This document shows positions 29,637 to 43,257 of a DNA stretch of 64,000 bases, piece by piece. Position numbers and translations under genes: made by a program. The stretch is taken from positions 19,124 through 83,123 of the forward strand of contig JAHAFI010000006.1 of NCBI GenBank assembly GCA_018374355.1. The letters are read 5' to 3'. How positions within the stretch are numbered: the stretch's first letter is position 1; each line of letters starts with the position of its first letter. This stretch comes from Clostridiales bacterium (GTDB lineage: Bacteria; Bacillota; Clostridia; Lachnospirales; Lachnospiraceae). A model generated the notes under the pieces. It saw only the letters and a list, made by a program, of their open reading frames with translations. It had not been told where the DNA came from and did no database searches.

Positions 29637-29687
29637 TATAAAATTCATGTTAAATTTTCTCTCAGGGAAATGTTAAATCTATGTAAA
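29637..29687 (-). promoter_or_regulatory. Pho boxes (two pairs of TT(A/T)ACA repeats)
   Basis: Minus strand TTTACA-5-TTAACA ... TTAACA-5-TTTATA, 11-bp period. Confidence 0.8.
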
Positions 29688-29718
29688 ATCCATCTCTTTT
29701 TGTGATTTTACTTGGATT

Positions 29719-30654
29719 TTACAATCCTTCCATTTGTTTTTCCATCCATTTCCTTACATCTTTGAATACCCGCAGCTTTCCCTTTTCATTCAAAATCTCG
29801 TGGCGCATTCCCGGATATAGTTTCCCTTTTGTTTTTTTGTAGCCCACATGACGCATATGCTGTACTGCTCTGGCATATTTTCTCGGGCCTCCGATGCAGG
29901 GATCGTCTGACCCTCCAATAAACAGTATCGGCAGATCCGGATGATTACATTCCCATCCTTCCCTGCTGTAGCACTCTTCCATCAATTCAAACAATGCTTC
30001 ATATCCGTCTACGGAAAAGGTAAAGCCGCATAAAGGAGAACGGTCGTACTGTGCCACCACCTCCGGGTCGGAACAGCACCATGAAGAATTTCCCGGTTCT
30101 TTGGCAAATTTTCTTGCAAATGCTCCAAAAGATGCCTTCTCCAGCAATTTGCCGGGATGACGGTCCCCTTTCCATTTTTTCTGGATTCGGACGATTCTTT
30201 GTCCCATTTTCAGGGCCGGATTTTTACTGGGTGAGCCGCATACCACCAGCATGTCCAGATCCCGGTCATACTTTTTCGTATAAACCCGGACCACCATGGA
30301 GCCCATGCTGTGGCCGAACAAAATAACCGGAAGCCCTTTCCATTTTTCCTTTAATTCCAGCGTAATCTGGTGGGCGTCCTCCACCAGAGCCTTTGCGCCG
30401 CCTCCATACATATATCCCAGATCTTCCGGACTTTTTACGCTCTTTCCATGACCTCTGCAGTCATGAATCACAGCAATATATCCCTTCTCCGCCAGATATT
30501 CCATGAAGGGCAGATAGCGCTCCTTGTATTCCGACATTCCATGATGAATCTGAAAAATCCCCTTAGGTTCTCCTTCCGGTATCAGCTCCAGAAGGTCCAG
30601 CTCCAATCCGTCTATGTCTGAAACAATCTTTCTGCTCTCTTTTCTATATTCCAT
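29719..30654 (-). CDS. Alpha/beta hydrolase (lysophospholipase-like)
   Basis: HGMSE, DCRGHG, GHSMG, RHEILNE. Confidence 0.9.
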   Translation of the reverse strand: MEYRKESRKIVSDIDGLELDLLELIPEGEPKGIFQIHHGMSEYKERYLPFMEYLAEKGYIAVIHDCRGHGKSVKSPEDLGYMYGGGAKALVEDAHQITLELKEKWKGLPVILFGHSMGSMVVRVYTKKYDRDLDMLVVCGSPSKNPALKMGQRIVRIQKKWKGDRHPGKLLEKASFGAFARKFAKEPGNSSWCCSDPEVVAQYDRSPLCGFTFSVDGYEALFELMEECYSREGWECNHPDLPILFIGGSDDPCIGGPRKYARAVQHMRHVGYKKTKGKLYPGMRHEILNEKGKLRVFKDVRKWMEKQMEGL

Positions 30655-30675
30655 TTCCACCTCCCATTTTTGTTT

Positions 30676-30984
30676 CTATCTGTATTTCTTCCCATAGTTA
30701 CCAATTGCAATAAGCGCAATCACTGCAACGATAATATTTACCGTCAGCACCATCCTATTATTGGGAAATAAAGCCACAAATACCTCGTCCAGCGCCAGTA
30801 CGCCGGTAAATACTCCCATGGCCCGGCTGTACTTTATCTTGTCCTTTTCGCTCATTTTCCGGTTTGCCACTCTTCTGTTCCCATTGATTTTTTTCAGAAC
30901 AGCGTCTCCTTTTCCGGCCAGCAGCACAATGGAGAGCACTCCCAGTATAGCTGCAAGAATCCAGTCAAACATAGGTCCAAACAT
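30676..30984 (-). CDS. Small membrane protein (3 TM)
   Basis: GGAGGTG RBS; hydrophobic segments. Confidence 0.7.
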   Translation of the reverse strand: MFGPMFDWILAAILGVLSIVLLAGKGDAVLKKINGNRRVANRKMSEKDKIKYSRAMGVFTGVLALDEVFVALFPNNRMVLTVNIIVAVIALIAIGNYGKKYR

Positions 30985-31150
30985 TCTTCTTCACCTCCAA
31001 TAATTCCATACCATTATATCTATTTTTAAGAAAGTTGTCTATGTTTCCTGTCACTTTCCTTTGTTTTTTGTTATAATAGAGGTGCTGTTCGCAGTAATTT
31101 ATCTTGAAAACAGATAAGACTTCCAAATATAAAGAAAGAGAGAATAGATA

Positions 31151-32479
31151 ATGAATATCAAACAACTGAATCAGGAACTTTTTTCTTATATCAAAGAGAG
31201 CCCTACAAATTATCACGCAGTAAACGCTGCCGTAAAAATTCTGGAAGAAAACGGATTTCTCCCGCTTAGGGAACAGGATGGATGGGAACTTGCACCGGAA
31301 GGAAAATATTATATCACCCGGGGCGGCACCTCCCTCTTTGCCTTCCGTATGCCCCGGACCATTTCCAAAACACCGTTTACTTTCCAGATGATCGCAAGCC
31401 ACAGCGATTCCCCCTGCTTTAAACTGAAAGAGCAGGCGGAAATCTCCGTGGAAGAGCATTATACGAAACTGAATGTGGAAAGATACGGCGGTTCCCTGAT
31501 GGCCCCATGGTTTGACCGTCCTCTTTCCATCGCCGGAAGGGTAGTCGTGAAAGATGGAAATAAAATTTCCAGCCGTCTGGTCAATCTGGACCGGGATCTG
31601 GCTATGATTGTAAATCTTGCCATTCATATGAACCGCACCGCTAATGACGGACAGAAATATCAGGTACAGACCGACCTGCTGCCTTTAGTGGGAAGCGGAA
31701 AGAAGGATTTTTCCGTAAGAAAGCTGGTGGCTGAAGAGCTTCAGGTACCGGAAACTGCCATTCACTCTGTAGATTTGTGCCTTTACAACCGGATGGACGG
31801 AAGCATCTGGGGCGCTGACAATGAATTTATCTCCTGCCCGCGGCTGGACGATCTTCAGTGTGTCTTTGCCTCCATCCGGGCTCTTACCGAAAATGTCCAT
31901 CCTCAGGTACTGTCCGCCGCTGTTGTCTTTGACACGGAAGAAGTAGGAAGCCAGAGCCGTCAAGGCGCCTGTTCCACCTTTTTAAAGGATTGTCTGGAAC
32001 GGATTTATCTGGTTTTAGGGTATTCCAGAGAGGATTTTCTCCGGGCTTTGGCAGGAAGTTTTCTGATCTCGGCAGACAACGGTCACGCTCTTCACCCCAA
32101 TTATCCGGGGAAATCCAATCCGGGGCACCATCCTTATCTCAATGGCGGGGTGCTGATTAAGTATGCAGCTAACCAGAAATATACTTCTGATGGACTTACG
32201 GGAGGTATTTTCCGGATGCTTTGCGAGGAATGGGATGTCCCCTGTCAGGCATTCTTTAATCATTCCGATGAACCGGGGGGATCTACATTGGGAAATTTGT
32301 CTATGTCTCAGGTTTCTGTTCCTACTGTGGATATCGGAACTCCTATGTTGGGAATGCATTCCCCTTATGAGACCGGGGGAGCGGAGGATACGGTTTCTCT
32401 TTACCGGGCAATGCAGGCGTTTTATCAGACACGGATTTGTTTGGATGGGAATGGGGAGTATCGGTTGGTGAGGGAGTAG
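31151..32479 (+). CDS. M18 family aspartyl aminopeptidase
   Basis: SPTNYHA, SHSDSP, RLDD, EEVGS, HPNY, GGSTLG, MHS. Confidence 0.93.
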   Translation: MNIKQLNQELFSYIKESPTNYHAVNAAVKILEENGFLPLREQDGWELAPEGKYYITRGGTSLFAFRMPRTISKTPFTFQMIASHSDSPCFKLKEQAEISVEEHYTKLNVERYGGSLMAPWFDRPLSIAGRVVVKDGNKISSRLVNLDRDLAMIVNLAIHMNRTANDGQKYQVQTDLLPLVGSGKKDFSVRKLVAEELQVPETAIHSVDLCLYNRMDGSIWGADNEFISCPRLDDLQCVFASIRALTENVHPQVLSAAVVFDTEEVGSQSRQGACSTFLKDCLERIYLVLGYSREDFLRALAGSFLISADNGHALHPNYPGKSNPGHHPYLNGGVLIKYAANQKYTSDGLTGGIFRMLCEEWDVPCQAFFNHSDEPGGSTLGNLSMSQVSVPTVDIGTPMLGMHSPYETGGAEDTVSLYRAMQAFYQTRICLDGNGEYRLVRE

Positions 32480-32604
32480 ATTTGCGAAGAAGTTGGGATT
32501 GCTAAAGCGGACGCCGGGGAGGGCCCTCCCCGGCTGGGTTTTGGCTATCTCTGAGTAGCATCGCACGTCAGCTTTGCTGACATTGCTGGGATAGAGAGCT
32601 TTCG

Positions 32605-33333
32605 TTATTGGAAAAGCTGATTTATGGTCAGGGACAGGCCAGATAGTATCAGAAAGAAAATAGATATTTTCTTTATAAGCTTTTCTCCAGTCTGGTGGGA
32701 TAACCATAGGCCGGAAATCAAACCTGTCAGCATTACCGGAAATAGAGAAAGCGCTTGTATCATAAGGTTTTTTGTTAGGATTCCTGTCACGCCGTATAGA
32801 ATAATGCGAAAAGTATTTTCCACCAAAAATACCACGCAGAGATTTCCCCTGAAAGAACTGTTATCCTCTGTTGTTCGGCTGATATAGGCGGCCAGAAGGG
32901 CGCCTATTCCGAAAAGACCACAAAGGAGTCCTGACAGAATCCCGATAACCGCCAGTTTCCCGGGAGAGGTTTTTCGTTTCTTTTTTCTGTGCTCCCGCAC
33001 CAGCATTTCTATTCCCAATCCCGTCACAACAATTCCAAACAAAAGTTTTATCCACTGGACATTCCCGTTTTTCAAAAGATATACACCGGGAATGCTTCCG
33101 GCAATCACCATCACCGAAACTGGGACATAGATTCTTGCCGACAGAGCTTTCCTTTCCCTCCATGCTATTACAATGTTGGACGGATATCCCAAAATTAGTT
33201 CCAATGGTGAGATTTGTATATTGCTGGTATGGAAACTCAATATGGTACTGAAAACCAGTGTGTTGGCAAACCCGCACATTCCTTTCACCAAATAAGCACA
33301 CAACGCTGCCACAATCATCCATAAATCCATCAT
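32605..33333 (-). CDS. Sulfite exporter TauE/SafE family membrane protein
   Basis: Highly hydrophobic; VKGMCGF and GLLCGLFGIG motifs. Confidence 0.8.
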   Translation of the reverse strand: MMDLWMIVAALCAYLVKGMCGFANTLVFSTILSFHTSNIQISPLELILGYPSNIVIAWRERKALSARIYVPVSVMVIAGSIPGVYLLKNGNVQWIKLLFGIVVTGLGIEMLVREHRKKKRKTSPGKLAVIGILSGLLCGLFGIGALLAAYISRTTEDNSSFRGNLCVVFLVENTFRIILYGVTGILTKNLMIQALSLFPVMLTGLISGLWLSHQTGEKLIKKISIFFLILSGLSLTINQLFQ

Positions 33334-33477
33334 TCTCCCTCTTTTCCTGTTATTTATTTTCTTACAACAAGAATAATGCGTTATTTTTATTTTTTCTATA
33401 AATATAGAGGGATATTTTATAATTATATTGAGTTTTATTGTTGTTCATCCTAAATTGTACCGCTATAAAACCAAAAC

Positions 33478-33506
33478 AAAAAAGAGACCCCACACAGGAT
33501 CTCTCT
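33478..33506 (-). terminator. Terminator after tRNA-Gly
   Basis: AGAGATCC...GGGTCTCT followed by T run on minus strand. Confidence 0.7.
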
Positions 33507-33509
33507 CAA

Positions 33510-33581
33510 AGCACGAGACGGGATTCGAACCCGCGACCCTCGCCTTGGCAAGGCGATACTCCACCACTGAGCCACTCGTGC
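33510..33581 (-). tRNA. tRNA-Gly (GCC)
   Basis: GCACGAGTGGCTCAGTGGTGGAGTATCGCCTTGCCAAGGCGA...GTTCGAATCCCGTCTCGTGCT; TTGACA-17-TATATT promoter at 33607-33635. Confidence 0.95.
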
Positions 33582-33709
33582 ATTTCTCTGTTCATCGAAC
33601 AAAGATAATATACTATAAATGGAAACGATTGTCAACATAAATTTTCTATTTTGTATATGAAATTGACACAAATCGTCACTGTTCATTGCGGGATATCCCT
33701 CTCCAGCTC

Positions 33710-34474
33710 CTACGGGCGCATGATCGCGCTCAATACATACTGGTTATTCGGGAAATTCTTCTGGCTGATCTCATCCAGACGGATCAAATCCACATCCAGC
33801 CAGAGTTCCTCTGCCACTACCATCATGTGGGAGAACATGATGCCGAAATTCAGCTCGTCCCATCTGCCCAGACGGTCGCTGGCGTGTTTTTTGGAAAAAA
33901 TGTGAATCCGGCTGTCAAAGACCACAAAACGCCAAGGCTGGCTGTTCATACTGGAGGGAGCCATGCGGGCCGCATCCAGAAGCTGCTTCATCCACTGTCT
34001 CGGTGTCTCCTTGTATACGCAAAGCTCGTTCAGGCTGAGACGTTTCGCCTCAATCTGTTTTCGAATACAGCTTCCTTTCGCTTTTCCGAAGGCAAGGACT
34101 ACCATCAGTTTTTTGTTATCCCTTTTCTGATATTTCTTTTTCAGGACCGGGTTGCCGATAAAGCAGCTTCCCAGCCCCTGTGTATACAGATACAAAGACA
34201 ACTGTTCCATCAGATACCCGGCATTCATCATCGCCCGGTCTTTCTCCTCGGAATAAAGCACCAGATAATAGGGGGCTTTTACCCCCATCATCCCCAGCAG
34301 CTTATACTGTGCCGTTCTGTTATCAAAAATTGCAAGTTCTGTCTCGATGCCGCCGAACAGTCCCTTGATCTCCTCGAACCGTGTCAAAATCGCCTCAAGT
34401 GTCTGAGGGCTGAGAGCATCATTTGTATAGTTTCTCACTGACTTACGAACAAAAATCGCTTCAAATAAATTCAT
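33710..34474 (-). CDS. Nitroreductase family protein
   Basis: RKSVRNY, GLGSCFIG, APSSMNSQPWRF. Confidence 0.88.
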   Translation of the reverse strand: MNLFEAIFVRKSVRNYTNDALSPQTLEAILTRFEEIKGLFGGIETELAIFDNRTAQYKLLGMMGVKAPYYLVLYSEEKDRAMMNAGYLMEQLSLYLYTQGLGSCFIGNPVLKKKYQKRDNKKLMVVLAFGKAKGSCIRKQIEAKRLSLNELCVYKETPRQWMKQLLDAARMAPSSMNSQPWRFVVFDSRIHIFSKKHASDRLGRWDELNFGIMFSHMMVVAEELWLDVDLIRLDEISQKNFPNNQYVLSAIMRP

Positions 34475-34579
34475 GTTATCACCTTTAATTTTTCTGTAAC
34501 ACTATTGTAACATGTTTTTTCCGTTTTGCAACAGCATCCTGCAATTTTTCTATATTTTTTTATCTGTTTCCGAAAGCAC

Positions 34580-36373
34580 TTATACAGAAAGCAGGGCTTC
34601 CAGCTCGCCCACCGTCTTTTCAAAGACCTCCAGCGCCGCTTCCACCGGCTGCTTTTTCGTCATATCCACTCCACAAATCTTCAATAAATCGATGCAATCC
34701 ATAGAGCTTCCTCCACTCAGGAACTTTTTGTATGCATCAATGATACCCGATTCCCCACTCAGGATCTTATTGCTGATTGCAATAGCCGCCGCAAAGCCTG
34801 TGGCATACTGATACACATAAAACGGAGTATAGAAGTGAGGGATTCGTGCCCACTCCATAGCAATTTCCGGATCGCTGACCATCTCCTCGCCAAAATACTT
34901 GCAGTTCAGGTCATAGTAAAGATCTTCCAGTACCTGTGCGGTGATTCCTTCTCCTCTTTCTGCCTTTTCATGGGCCAGCATTTCAAACTCTGCGAACATC
35001 GTCTGACGGTAAACCGTTCCCTTAAACTGATCCAGAAAATGATTGAGCAGATATGCTTTTTCCTTGTCGTCTTTTGCATTTTTCAGCATATGGTTGATCA
35101 GCAGCGCTTCATTACAGGTGGATGCCACCTCCGCTACGAAAATCCGGTAACCTGCATAGGTGAATGGCTGGGCCTGATCGGAATGGTAGCTGTGAAGGGC
35201 ATGTCCCATCTCATGAGCCAGTGTAAATACATTGTCCAGATTGCCCTGATAATTCAGCAGTACATACGGATGGGTTCCGTAAGCGCCCCATGAATAAGCG
35301 CCTCCTCTTTTGCCCTGATTTTCGTAAATATCGATCCAGCGGTTGGAAAATCCTTCTTCCAGAAGTGCGATGTAGTCCTCTCCCAGAACCTGAAGTCCCT
35401 CTTTTACCATCTGTTTCGCTTCCTCAAAAGGAATCTCCCGCTCTACTGACTCCACAATCGGAACGTAAACATCGTACATATGCAGTTCTTCCAAACCCAG
35501 AGCTTTCTTTCTCAGCTTCACATACCGATACATAGCCGGAAGCTTGCTGTGAACTGCTTCAATGAGTCTTGTATAAACATCGGTAGGAATATTGCCGCCG
35601 TCCAGCGCCATTTCCATACAAGAGGCGTAGCCCCGGACTTTTGCATAGAAAATATCCTGTGCAAGATTTCCGTTATAGGCGGCAGCAAGCGTGTTCTGGA
35701 ATTCACGATATTTTGCATAAAACTGTTTGAATGCCTGCTCTCTCACCTTCCGGTCTTTATTTTCCAGACAGCGGACAAAATTTCCCTGTGTCAGTTCCAT
35801 TTCCTTCCCGTCCACTGTGATTTTTCCGAATCTCAGATCTGCATTCTGAAACATGGAGAAAATATTCTTGGGAGCCTGAGCCATTTCACCTGTCCGTGCC
35901 AGAACCTCCTCCATCTCCTTTGACAAAATATGCGGCTTCATCCTAAGAATCTCAGAAAGCATTCTCCGGTACAGTTCAAGCCCCGCTTCCTCTCCGATCA
36001 AAGTATCCAAAGTATCCTCCGAAAGCTCCATCAGCTCCGGTTCCACAAAAGAGGCCGCCTGTTCCAGTTCCATTTCCAGTCTGGACGCTCTGGCAGAAAG
36101 TCCCTGATAATGGCTGTTTCCCGTATCCTCATGGTAACGCTGGTTGGCGTAAACATAAACCTTCTCAAATCTGCATTTCAGGTCATCCAGCTCCTTCAGT
36201 GCGTGTAACAGCGTGCTGCCGTTCTCCGTCAGTTTACCCTGATATTTGGAAAATCCCTTCAGTTCTTCCGATAACTTCTGAAAATCCGCCTCCCATTCCG
36301 TGTCTGCGGCATATAGGTCCTCGATTGCCCAGCAATCCTCCGGTCTCTGCTCCTGTCTTGTTCTCTCTCCCAT
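34580..36373 (-). CDS. pepF: Oligoendopeptidase F
   Basis: KRGGAYS, HEMGH, AEVAS, IPHFY. Confidence 0.94.
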   Translation of the reverse strand: MGERTRQEQRPEDCWAIEDLYAADTEWEADFQKLSEELKGFSKYQGKLTENGSTLLHALKELDDLKCRFEKVYVYANQRYHEDTGNSHYQGLSARASRLEMELEQAASFVEPELMELSEDTLDTLIGEEAGLELYRRMLSEILRMKPHILSKEMEEVLARTGEMAQAPKNIFSMFQNADLRFGKITVDGKEMELTQGNFVRCLENKDRKVREQAFKQFYAKYREFQNTLAAAYNGNLAQDIFYAKVRGYASCMEMALDGGNIPTDVYTRLIEAVHSKLPAMYRYVKLRKKALGLEELHMYDVYVPIVESVEREIPFEEAKQMVKEGLQVLGEDYIALLEEGFSNRWIDIYENQGKRGGAYSWGAYGTHPYVLLNYQGNLDNVFTLAHEMGHALHSYHSDQAQPFTYAGYRIFVAEVASTCNEALLINHMLKNAKDDKEKAYLLNHFLDQFKGTVYRQTMFAEFEMLAHEKAERGEGITAQVLEDLYYDLNCKYFGEEMVSDPEIAMEWARIPHFYTPFYVYQYATGFAAAIAISNKILSGESGIIDAYKKFLSGGSSMDCIDLLKICGVDMTKKQPVEAALEVFEKTVGELEALLSV

Positions 36374-36381
36374 GTCTTCTT

Positions 36382-37134
36382 TTACCTTTCTTTTTTCATT
36401 TCCTGAATCTCTGTAATTCTGGCATTCACATCTGCCTTAAACTGTGCCCATGCATCTTCATTTTCCACAAAATATTTGGGACAGATTTTTCCCGTCACAT
36501 CGTGATGGCGGATCACATCCTCACTGGTCAGTCCAAATCGGTCACACAGCCATCCCGTCAGGGAAACCATGGACTCATATGTACTCTCATTAAATTTCCC
36601 TGTCTCGTCGGGATGACAACACTCTATAGATAGTGTATCCTTGTTTCTTTCATTTGATGCATAGGAAATTTCCGTACTGGGCACACACTGTATAATCTCC
36701 CCCTCCAGTCCCACAATAAAATGGCTGCTGGCCTTGGTCAGATGCGCATCCTTCAGCCCCTGAAAATAATCCCGGTTCGCCTGTGCGCTGGTTCCCGGAT
36801 TTCCTATATAATGGATGACAATTCCTTTGATTTCCTTCAGCGCCGTTCCCGGTCTGGAATATTCGTTCACATCCAGAAGCTGCACATCCAGCTCGGGCGC
36901 TCCCACCCACTCCTCTTCTCCATTTTTCATCATTTCACTGAGATTTTCTGCGGTGATTGCTTCCCGCTCTCCCGAGAAAAACAATTTTCTTCCCAGAAAG
37001 ATTATACCCGTCAGGCAGATCACCCCCATGGCCAGTACGGCTATCACTCTTCCTGCAAGCTGTTTCTGTCTCCTTCTTCTGGAGCTTGTGACTCCTCTTC
37101 CCCCTTGTCTTTTGTTCCCCATAATTTCTCCCAT
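36382..37134 (-). CDS. Membrane-anchored N-acetylmuramoyl-L-alanine amidase (Amidase_2)
   Basis: N-terminal TM; IVIHY, SSHF, SIEC, RHHDVTGKICP; start may be 37122. Confidence 0.88.
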   Translation of the reverse strand: MGEIMGNKRQGGRGVTSSRRRRQKQLAGRVIAVLAMGVICLTGIIFLGRKLFFSGEREAITAENLSEMMKNGEEEWVGAPELDVQLLDVNEYSRPGTALKEIKGIVIHYIGNPGTSAQANRDYFQGLKDAHLTKASSHFIVGLEGEIIQCVPSTEISYASNERNKDTLSIECCHPDETGKFNESTYESMVSLTGWLCDRFGLTSEDVIRHHDVTGKICPKYFVENEDAWAQFKADVNARITEIQEMKKER

Positions 37135-37195
37135 CTTTTGAGTATGCCCTGATAAAAAACAAAGCGATCCCTCAAAAAAGAGACCGCTTATCTTT

Positions 37196-38734
<1,539 letters not shown>

Positions 38735-38755
38735 TCAAAAAAACTTTTTCCAAAT

Positions 38756-39268
38756 CTAATCAAAAAAGACTTTTCTGGGTGCTTTGGTTCTCATGTCTTT
38801 CAGCATCTGCTGGGATGGCTCAAAAAGAACTTTTGTCAGTTCCCCGTTGGCTGAGATCAGCATCGCATACACTGACTTTTCTCTCTGGGGATCCTGAGAT
38901 GTGTAGTCCTTGATTTTCAGCTTCGTATTGTTGTTGTGGTAATCCAGACGGTGGGAAGCCGCCGGTGCAATCATATCGGCATTTGCGATATCATAGCTGG
39001 CGATTCTTTTTCTTTTCGCTCTGTTCAGGATTCTGTCCACATCCAACTCACCGTTTACATACTGATATTCCCATTCTACATTGAATCTGGGAAAAATGAA
39101 GATGTCTGCAATACAAATGGCAATGGCCGGCACGGTGATCAGTATATTCCATGTAAGCAGGGCCAGCACCACCAAAACACCGGTCAGACCCATCAGCGCC
39201 GCTCTCAGGGCCGTATCCTTTCCGGTTCTTTTTTTCTTAATCAGTTCCTCCAGATACAAATCACTCAT
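38756..39268 (-). CDS. Conserved membrane protein (2 TM plus soluble domain)
   Basis: RBS GGAGG; TM pair then EWEYQYVNGELDVD. Confidence 0.75.
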   Translation of the reverse strand: MSDLYLEELIKKKRTGKDTALRAALMGLTGVLVVLALLTWNILITVPAIAICIADIFIFPRFNVEWEYQYVNGELDVDRILNRAKRKRIASYDIANADMIAPAASHRLDYHNNNTKLKIKDYTSQDPQREKSVYAMLISANGELTKVLFEPSQQMLKDMRTKAPRKVFFD

Positions 39269-39930
39269 TACTTTCCTCCTTCATATATATATGTGATAAA
39301 TTCTTTTGCATTTTCCTTATGTTCTGCATTGACCATAATTCCCAGCCAAACATCTTCCCCTATGCCCATTCCGAATTTCTCCAGCGTGGGGCTGCCGCTT
39401 ACATTCAGTCCGTATTCGCTCACATCGTCCCCGTAGGCTTCCATCTGCTCTTCGGTCAACAGCTCGTCCATGGGCAGAAATGCATCCATATCCCTGTAAT
39501 GTTCGAACTGATCCTTAGGTGCGATCATCGCCTCCAGTTCTCTCGCTCCGATCAGCGTAGTCAGCTTCATCACCGACGTATAATCCGCAGAATCATCACC
39601 TGAAAAATACATGCTGGCATCGATCATGATCTCATGATATTTGTCTTCGTCTCCCAGATACGCCTTAAAATCTTCAGCCATGGCTTCGGAATCCCCCATT
39701 ACTCCATTTAAAACCGCCACGGAAAATACGTTTTCAAACTGGGAGCGGTAAATCATCTGGCCGATCACACTGATTGCCAGAATGATCAGCAGCAGAACCG
39801 CCATATGCGGCTTGTAGTATGCCCATATGTGACTGAAACGGTCTTTCCAGCGCATACCCTTGATTTTCTGCCATTCCAACTGACGTTTTTCTTTTCCCGT
39901 CAAATCACTCTCGTATCTTTTTTCCGTCAT
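39268..39930 (-). CDS. Membrane-anchored hypothetical protein
   Basis: HIWAYYK then TM helix, then extracytoplasmic domain; coupled to next gene. Confidence 0.75.
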   Translation of the reverse strand: MTEKRYESDLTGKEKRQLEWQKIKGMRWKDRFSHIWAYYKPHMAVLLLIILAISVIGQMIYRSQFENVFSVAVLNGVMGDSEAMAEDFKAYLGDEDKYHEIMIDASMYFSGDDSADYTSVMKLTTLIGARELEAMIAPKDQFEHYRDMDAFLPMDELLTEEQMEAYGDDVSEYGLNVSGSPTLEKFGMGIGEDVWLGIMVNAEHKENAKEFITYIYEGGK

Positions 39931-40012
39931 CCTGTGCCCTTTCTTTATTTTTCCATGCGTCTCGGCGCACTATTTCCGTACGTTTCAGCGTACTCATGGA
40001 GTTATTTTAGCA

Positions 40013-40053
40013 CAAACAGGAGCCAACGTCTATCGGATTGGCTCCTGCTTTTT
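40013..40053 (-). terminator. Terminator after groEL
   Basis: CAGGAGCCAA/TTGGCTCCTG stem. Confidence 0.75.
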
Positions 40054-40075
40054 CTTAAAATTCTGTGAAATTTTC

Positions 40076-42034
<1,959 letters not shown>

Positions 42035-42049
42035 TCAATTGTCTTTTTA

Positions 42050-42076
42050 TTAGCACTCGTTCTTGTCGAGTGCTAC
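42050..42076. promoter_or_regulatory. CIRCE element (HrcA operator)
   Basis: TTAGCACTC-N9-GAGTGCTAC (one mismatch); TTGCTA-17-TAATAT promoter at 42087-42115. Confidence 0.92.
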
Positions 42077-42261
42077 CGATAATCCTATATTAGTGATTTT
42101 GCTCTCTTTTAGCAACTTCTGTTTTTTCCTGTTTTTTTATATTTTCTCGTTATATACTTTTGTATGCTCTTATTTTCTCTTTTTTTCTCACTTTTTCATA
42201 TTTTAGATTTTTCTTCCTGCTGTCTGCCTGTCTATGAATTCCAGTTTATGCTCTAAAGCCC

Positions 42262-42301
42262 AAAAAGATACCGCCCACGTTCCGGCGGGCGGTATCTTTT
42301 T
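42262..42301 (-). terminator. Terminator after codY
   Basis: AAAAGATACCGCCC/GGGCGGTATCTTTT. Confidence 0.88.
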
Positions 42302-42305
42302 GAAT

Positions 42306-43109
42306 CTATTCGCTTTTCTCAAATGTTTTGAGGTTCTTTCTGGTTTTCAATTCTTCCAGTTCGTCAAAAATCACTTCGTTCAGAACCTTAATGTAGGTTC
42401 CTTTCATTCCGCTGGAGCGTGATTCGATCACCCCTGCGCTTTCGAATTTGCGAAGTGCATTTACGATGACGGAACGGGTAATTCCTACACGGTCGGCAAT
42501 CTTGCTGGCAACCAAAATACCCTCGTCCCCATCCAGCTCGTCAAAGATATGGATGATTGCTTCCAGCTCGGAAAATGACAGGGTACTGAAAGCGGATTTT
42601 ACAACCTGCACCTTTCTTGCTTCCTCTGCATTCTCTTCGTTGACGGAGCGCATCATTTCCAGTCCCACTACGGTAGTGCCGTACTCGCTTACAATGATAT
42701 CCTCAATGTCATACTGTTCCAAACTGCGGTACATAAATACGGTTCCCAGACGTTCACCGGCGATGTCAATAGGGTTGATGATCGCACGGTATGCACCGAT
42801 ACCTTCCCCTTCAAAGCCAAGGGTCTGAAGGTTTACATTTTCCTTCGTGGATAACACGCTTAAAAATCTGTCGTTCAGCAGGGGATCTACATGACCGCCT
42901 ACCTTGTTTTCGATCAGTTCCGTAATTTCTTCCACACCGGGGCACAAACTCACGCCAAGAACTTTCCCTTTTTTACTGATTACCAGAATATTCGAATCCA
43001 GTGTTTCCATCATTACTTTGCAAATATCATTAAAAACTACCTTTGTGGAACTATTATTGTGCAGCAATTTGTTGATCTTTCTTGTCTTGTCCAATAACTG
43101 TACACTCAT
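42306..43109 (-). CDS. codY: GTP/BCAA-sensing repressor CodY
   Basis: LLDKTRKIN, ASKIADRVGITRSVIVNALRK. Confidence 0.97.
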   Translation of the reverse strand: MSVQLLDKTRKINKLLHNNSSTKVVFNDICKVMMETLDSNILVISKKGKVLGVSLCPGVEEITELIENKVGGHVDPLLNDRFLSVLSTKENVNLQTLGFEGEGIGAYRAIINPIDIAGERLGTVFMYRSLEQYDIEDIIVSEYGTTVVGLEMMRSVNEENAEEARKVQVVKSAFSTLSFSELEAIIHIFDELDGDEGILVASKIADRVGITRSVIVNALRKFESAGVIESRSSGMKGTYIKVLNEVIFDELEELKTRKNLKTFEKSE

Positions 43110-43257
43110 CTTTTACTCCTTTCTGGTTTTCTATTTCCGTAAGCAACTTTCCTTTATGTCCGGCTGCTAAGCGCAATTTTAATACTCTGTTCATTATATC
43201 ATGTATATTCGCAAATAGCAATACTATTTTCTCATATTTTAAATGTTTTCTGACTAT

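Noticed and set aside
32605..33510. AT-richer TauE gene next to tRNA-Gly as an integrated island
   Set aside because: No duplicated tRNA 3' end and no integrase seen; at most a single-gene acquisition
34495..34511. TGTAAC-N5-TGTAAC, a WalR-box-like direct repeat
   Set aside because: Coincides with the likely extended -10 (TGTTACAAT) of the nitroreductase promoter; single instance before a gene not linked to the cell wall
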